Source of the DNA: Gracilinanus agilis
Taxonomy: Eukaryota
DNA: 64,000 nt
Assembly: GCF_016433145.1 (NCBI RefSeq)
Contig: NC_058131.1
Span: forward strand, 211,572,747 to 211,636,746
Direction of reading: 5' to 3'
Shown: positions 61,830 to 64,000 of the stretch, one piece after another
How positions within the stretch are numbered: position 1 is the first letter of the stretch
How the letters are laid out: every line of letters starts with the position of its first letter
Translations under genes and position numbers: made by a program
The notes under the pieces: generated by a model
What the model was told of the DNA's origin: nothing
Databases searched by the model: none
The model's input: only the letters and a program-made list of their open reading frames with translations

Positions 61830-62400
61830 TGAGTTTTTTTAATAACATTTTCCCTCTATTACAAGTAAATTTTTTTTCATTTTTTTAAAGTTTTTAGTTC
61901 CAAATTCTCTCCCTTCTTCTGATCCTCCCTGTCTGCCCTCACCTCTTCCTGAGATGGTAAATAATCTGATATAGAATTTACATGTGTAATCATGTAAAAC
62001 ATTTTTCTATATTCATCATTTGTAGAAGAGATCTCAAATTTAAAAAAAGAAGAAAGAAACAGAAATATATAGTATGCTTAAGTCTGCATTTAGATTTCTT
62101 CTATCAATTCTTTCTCAGAAGGTAGATAGCATTTTTCATCATGATTCTCTGCGATTGTCTTGAATCACTGCATTGCTGAGAATAACTAGGTCATTCAGAG
62201 CTGTTTATCAAGAAATATTGCTGTCATTATGTACAATGTTCTTCTGGTTCTGCCCATTTTGCTTTGTATTAGTTCATAAAAATCCTTCCAAATTTTTTCT
62301 GAAATCATCCTGCTTGTCATTTCTTATAGCACAATAGTATTCCATAACTATCATATACCATAATTTGTTCAGCCATTCCTCAATTGATGTATAAATCCTC
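61830..62400 (-). mobile_element. LINE-1 3' end
   Basis: ttttagttccaaattctctccc...gtacaatgttcttctggttctgccc...taatttgttcagccattcctcaattg. Confidence 0.85.
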
Positions 62401-62529
62401 AGTTTCCACTGAATGTTATTTTCCTTCCTAACTAGAACAAGGGCTCTCCTGCTAACATGATAACCAACCTAAAGCATCTTCCTCCTGTGCTGAATGAGAG
62501 GGTTGGAATTAGATGATTTCTAAGGGCTC

Positions 62530-62800
62530 TTCCAGTTGGAAGGGAGAGAATAAGCATTTATTTAGTGCCTGTTATGTGTTAGGGACTATACTAAGAGCTT
62601 TTTTACAAATATCTCATTTGATGCTCACAATAGCCCTTCAAGACAGGAACTATGCCACCACCATTTTATAATTGAAGAACCAGAGACAAACATGCTAATC
62701 GATGCTCAGGGCCAGATAGTTAGTGTCTGAGGTTGCATTTGAATCCAGGTCCTCCCAAACTCTAGGTTTATTCTATCTATTGAATCACCAGCTGCCTTTG
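62530..62800 (-). mobile_element. MIR
   Basis: ataagcatttatttagtgcctgttatgtg...ttgcatttgaatccaggtc. Confidence 0.7.
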
Positions 62801-62842
62801 ATTTTCTATGATGTCTAAGTCATCCTATAAAGAGTGATGCCA

Positions 62843-63041
62843 AGGACCAGCTAGGTGACTCAGTGGATAGAGAGCCAAGCCTGTAGACAGGAAGTCCTGG
62901 GTTCAAATTTGGCCTCAGACACTTCCAGCTGTATGACCCTAGGCAAGTCACAACCCCAACTGCCTACCCCTTACTGCTTTTCTGCCTTGGAACCAATGCT
63001 TACTATTGAACCCAAGACAGAAAGTAAGGGTTAAAAAAAAA
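62843..63041 (+). mobile_element. SINE1-like copy, full length
   Basis: Complete head/body/poly(A); 10-bp TSD AGTGATGCCA at 62833-62842 and 63042-63051. Confidence 0.9.
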
Positions 63042-63214
63042 AGTGATGCCAGATTCAGCCATAGGAAAAAGTACTAAAAAAACAAACAAACAAAAAAAAA
63101 AAACACTAGAGGAAAAGGAAAGGGTCTTTCCTCTTTCTCAGTTCAAGAAGGTATTCCTATTTTGGAAATCTTCCTTCCATAAGATGATTTCTTCTTCTCT
63201 TCTCCCAAAGCTGA

Positions 63215-63450
63215 AGAGTGTTCTGGATCTGGAGTTAGGAAGACCTGGATCCAAATCCAGCCTCAACACTTACTAATTGTATGACCTGAGACAAGTCACA
63301 CAGTTTGGTCACTGTCTGCCTCAGTTTCCTCAACTTAAAAATGGGAATAATAACTGCACCTACCTCACAGAACTGTGAGAATTATCTAATATATGAAAAA
63401 CACTTAGCACAGTGTCTGGCACATAGTGCTTACTAATACTTTTAATCTCT
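63215..63450 (+). mobile_element. MIR
   Basis: ggaagacctggatccaaatccagcctc...gcctcagtttcctcaacttaaaaatggg...cttagcacagtgtctggcacatag. Confidence 0.8.
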
Positions 63451-64000
63451 TCTCTTCTTCCTCCTCCTATCAGGAAAGAAATAGATACGTGCTAGGAAGA
63501 ATGATGAGAGGTTATACTCCTTCAGTCACTGAGTAAGATTACTTTCAGAGTGAGTGAGAACCACTTTAGAATCAATTCCTTTATTGTTCTTTGTTGAGGC
63601 AAGACAAGTCTTTGCCCTGTGAGTATACAGGGAGTCACCCATGCCTTCCTGGTTTCTCTCCCTTTTGGCTACTGTGCCAGCTCATGTAATACCTAGTGAA
63701 AAAACGATCATCGCCCAGACCAGAGCAAAGCATGATTTCACTGCTCCCAAGAAACACCCTGACCTCTTTTAGTCAGGCCAACATCATCTTTCTGTCAATA
63801 GTAAGTTCTTACCCAGAAGTGTTGGGGTTGGGAAAATCATCTCCAAGATGATATCAGACAGTGACTTAAGTTCCTGTCCATGGCAACTGGTCAGTGTTTC
63901 TCTGTGCTGTTGTCAAACATCACCCCAGAATTTGGGGCAGTTTGTCAAAATCCATGAATAGTGCTTGAAAGAATAGTAATAGAAAAAAATCATCAGTAAG

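Noticed and set aside
4092-62400. Possible L1 strand bias indicating a host intron
   Set aside because: Roughly seven antisense versus five sense fragments; not a significant skew.
1-64000. CRISPR arrays, operons, rRNA or other prokaryotic systems
   Set aside because: The sequence is mammalian; no regularly spaced direct repeats with unique spacers and no rRNA-like sequence.

Overview
Repeat-dense, non-coding stretch of a marsupial genome. The opossum-type SINE1 copies, MAR1 CORE-SINEs and RTE-related SINEs point to Didelphidae, most likely Monodelphis domestica (recognised from memory of consensus sequences, not from a database search). I found no host protein-coding exon, RNA gene or CpG island. 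The only ORFs with recognisable protein motifs are broken fragments of a 5'-truncated LINE-1 ORF2 (32588-35062), and a CR1 reverse-transcriptase motif is readable at about 52063. Most of the window is layered transposon debris (MIR, L2, CR1/L3, L1, MAR1, SINE1, solo LTRs, hAT and Tc1/mariner MITEs), simple repeats and three assembly gaps. The most notable observations are: (i) several young hAT MITEs with intact TIRs and 8-bp TSDs, one family carrying a CTCF core motif; (ii) nested insertions that can be ordered in time from their TSDs; (iii) an AT-rich microsatellite-to-minisatellite array; (iv) a perfect 16-bp hairpin at a SINE tail; (v) a few CpG-retaining unique segments that may be enhancers. 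I see no evidence of a new gene system. Repeat family names are best-recall assignments, and boundaries of old elements are approximate (tens of bp).
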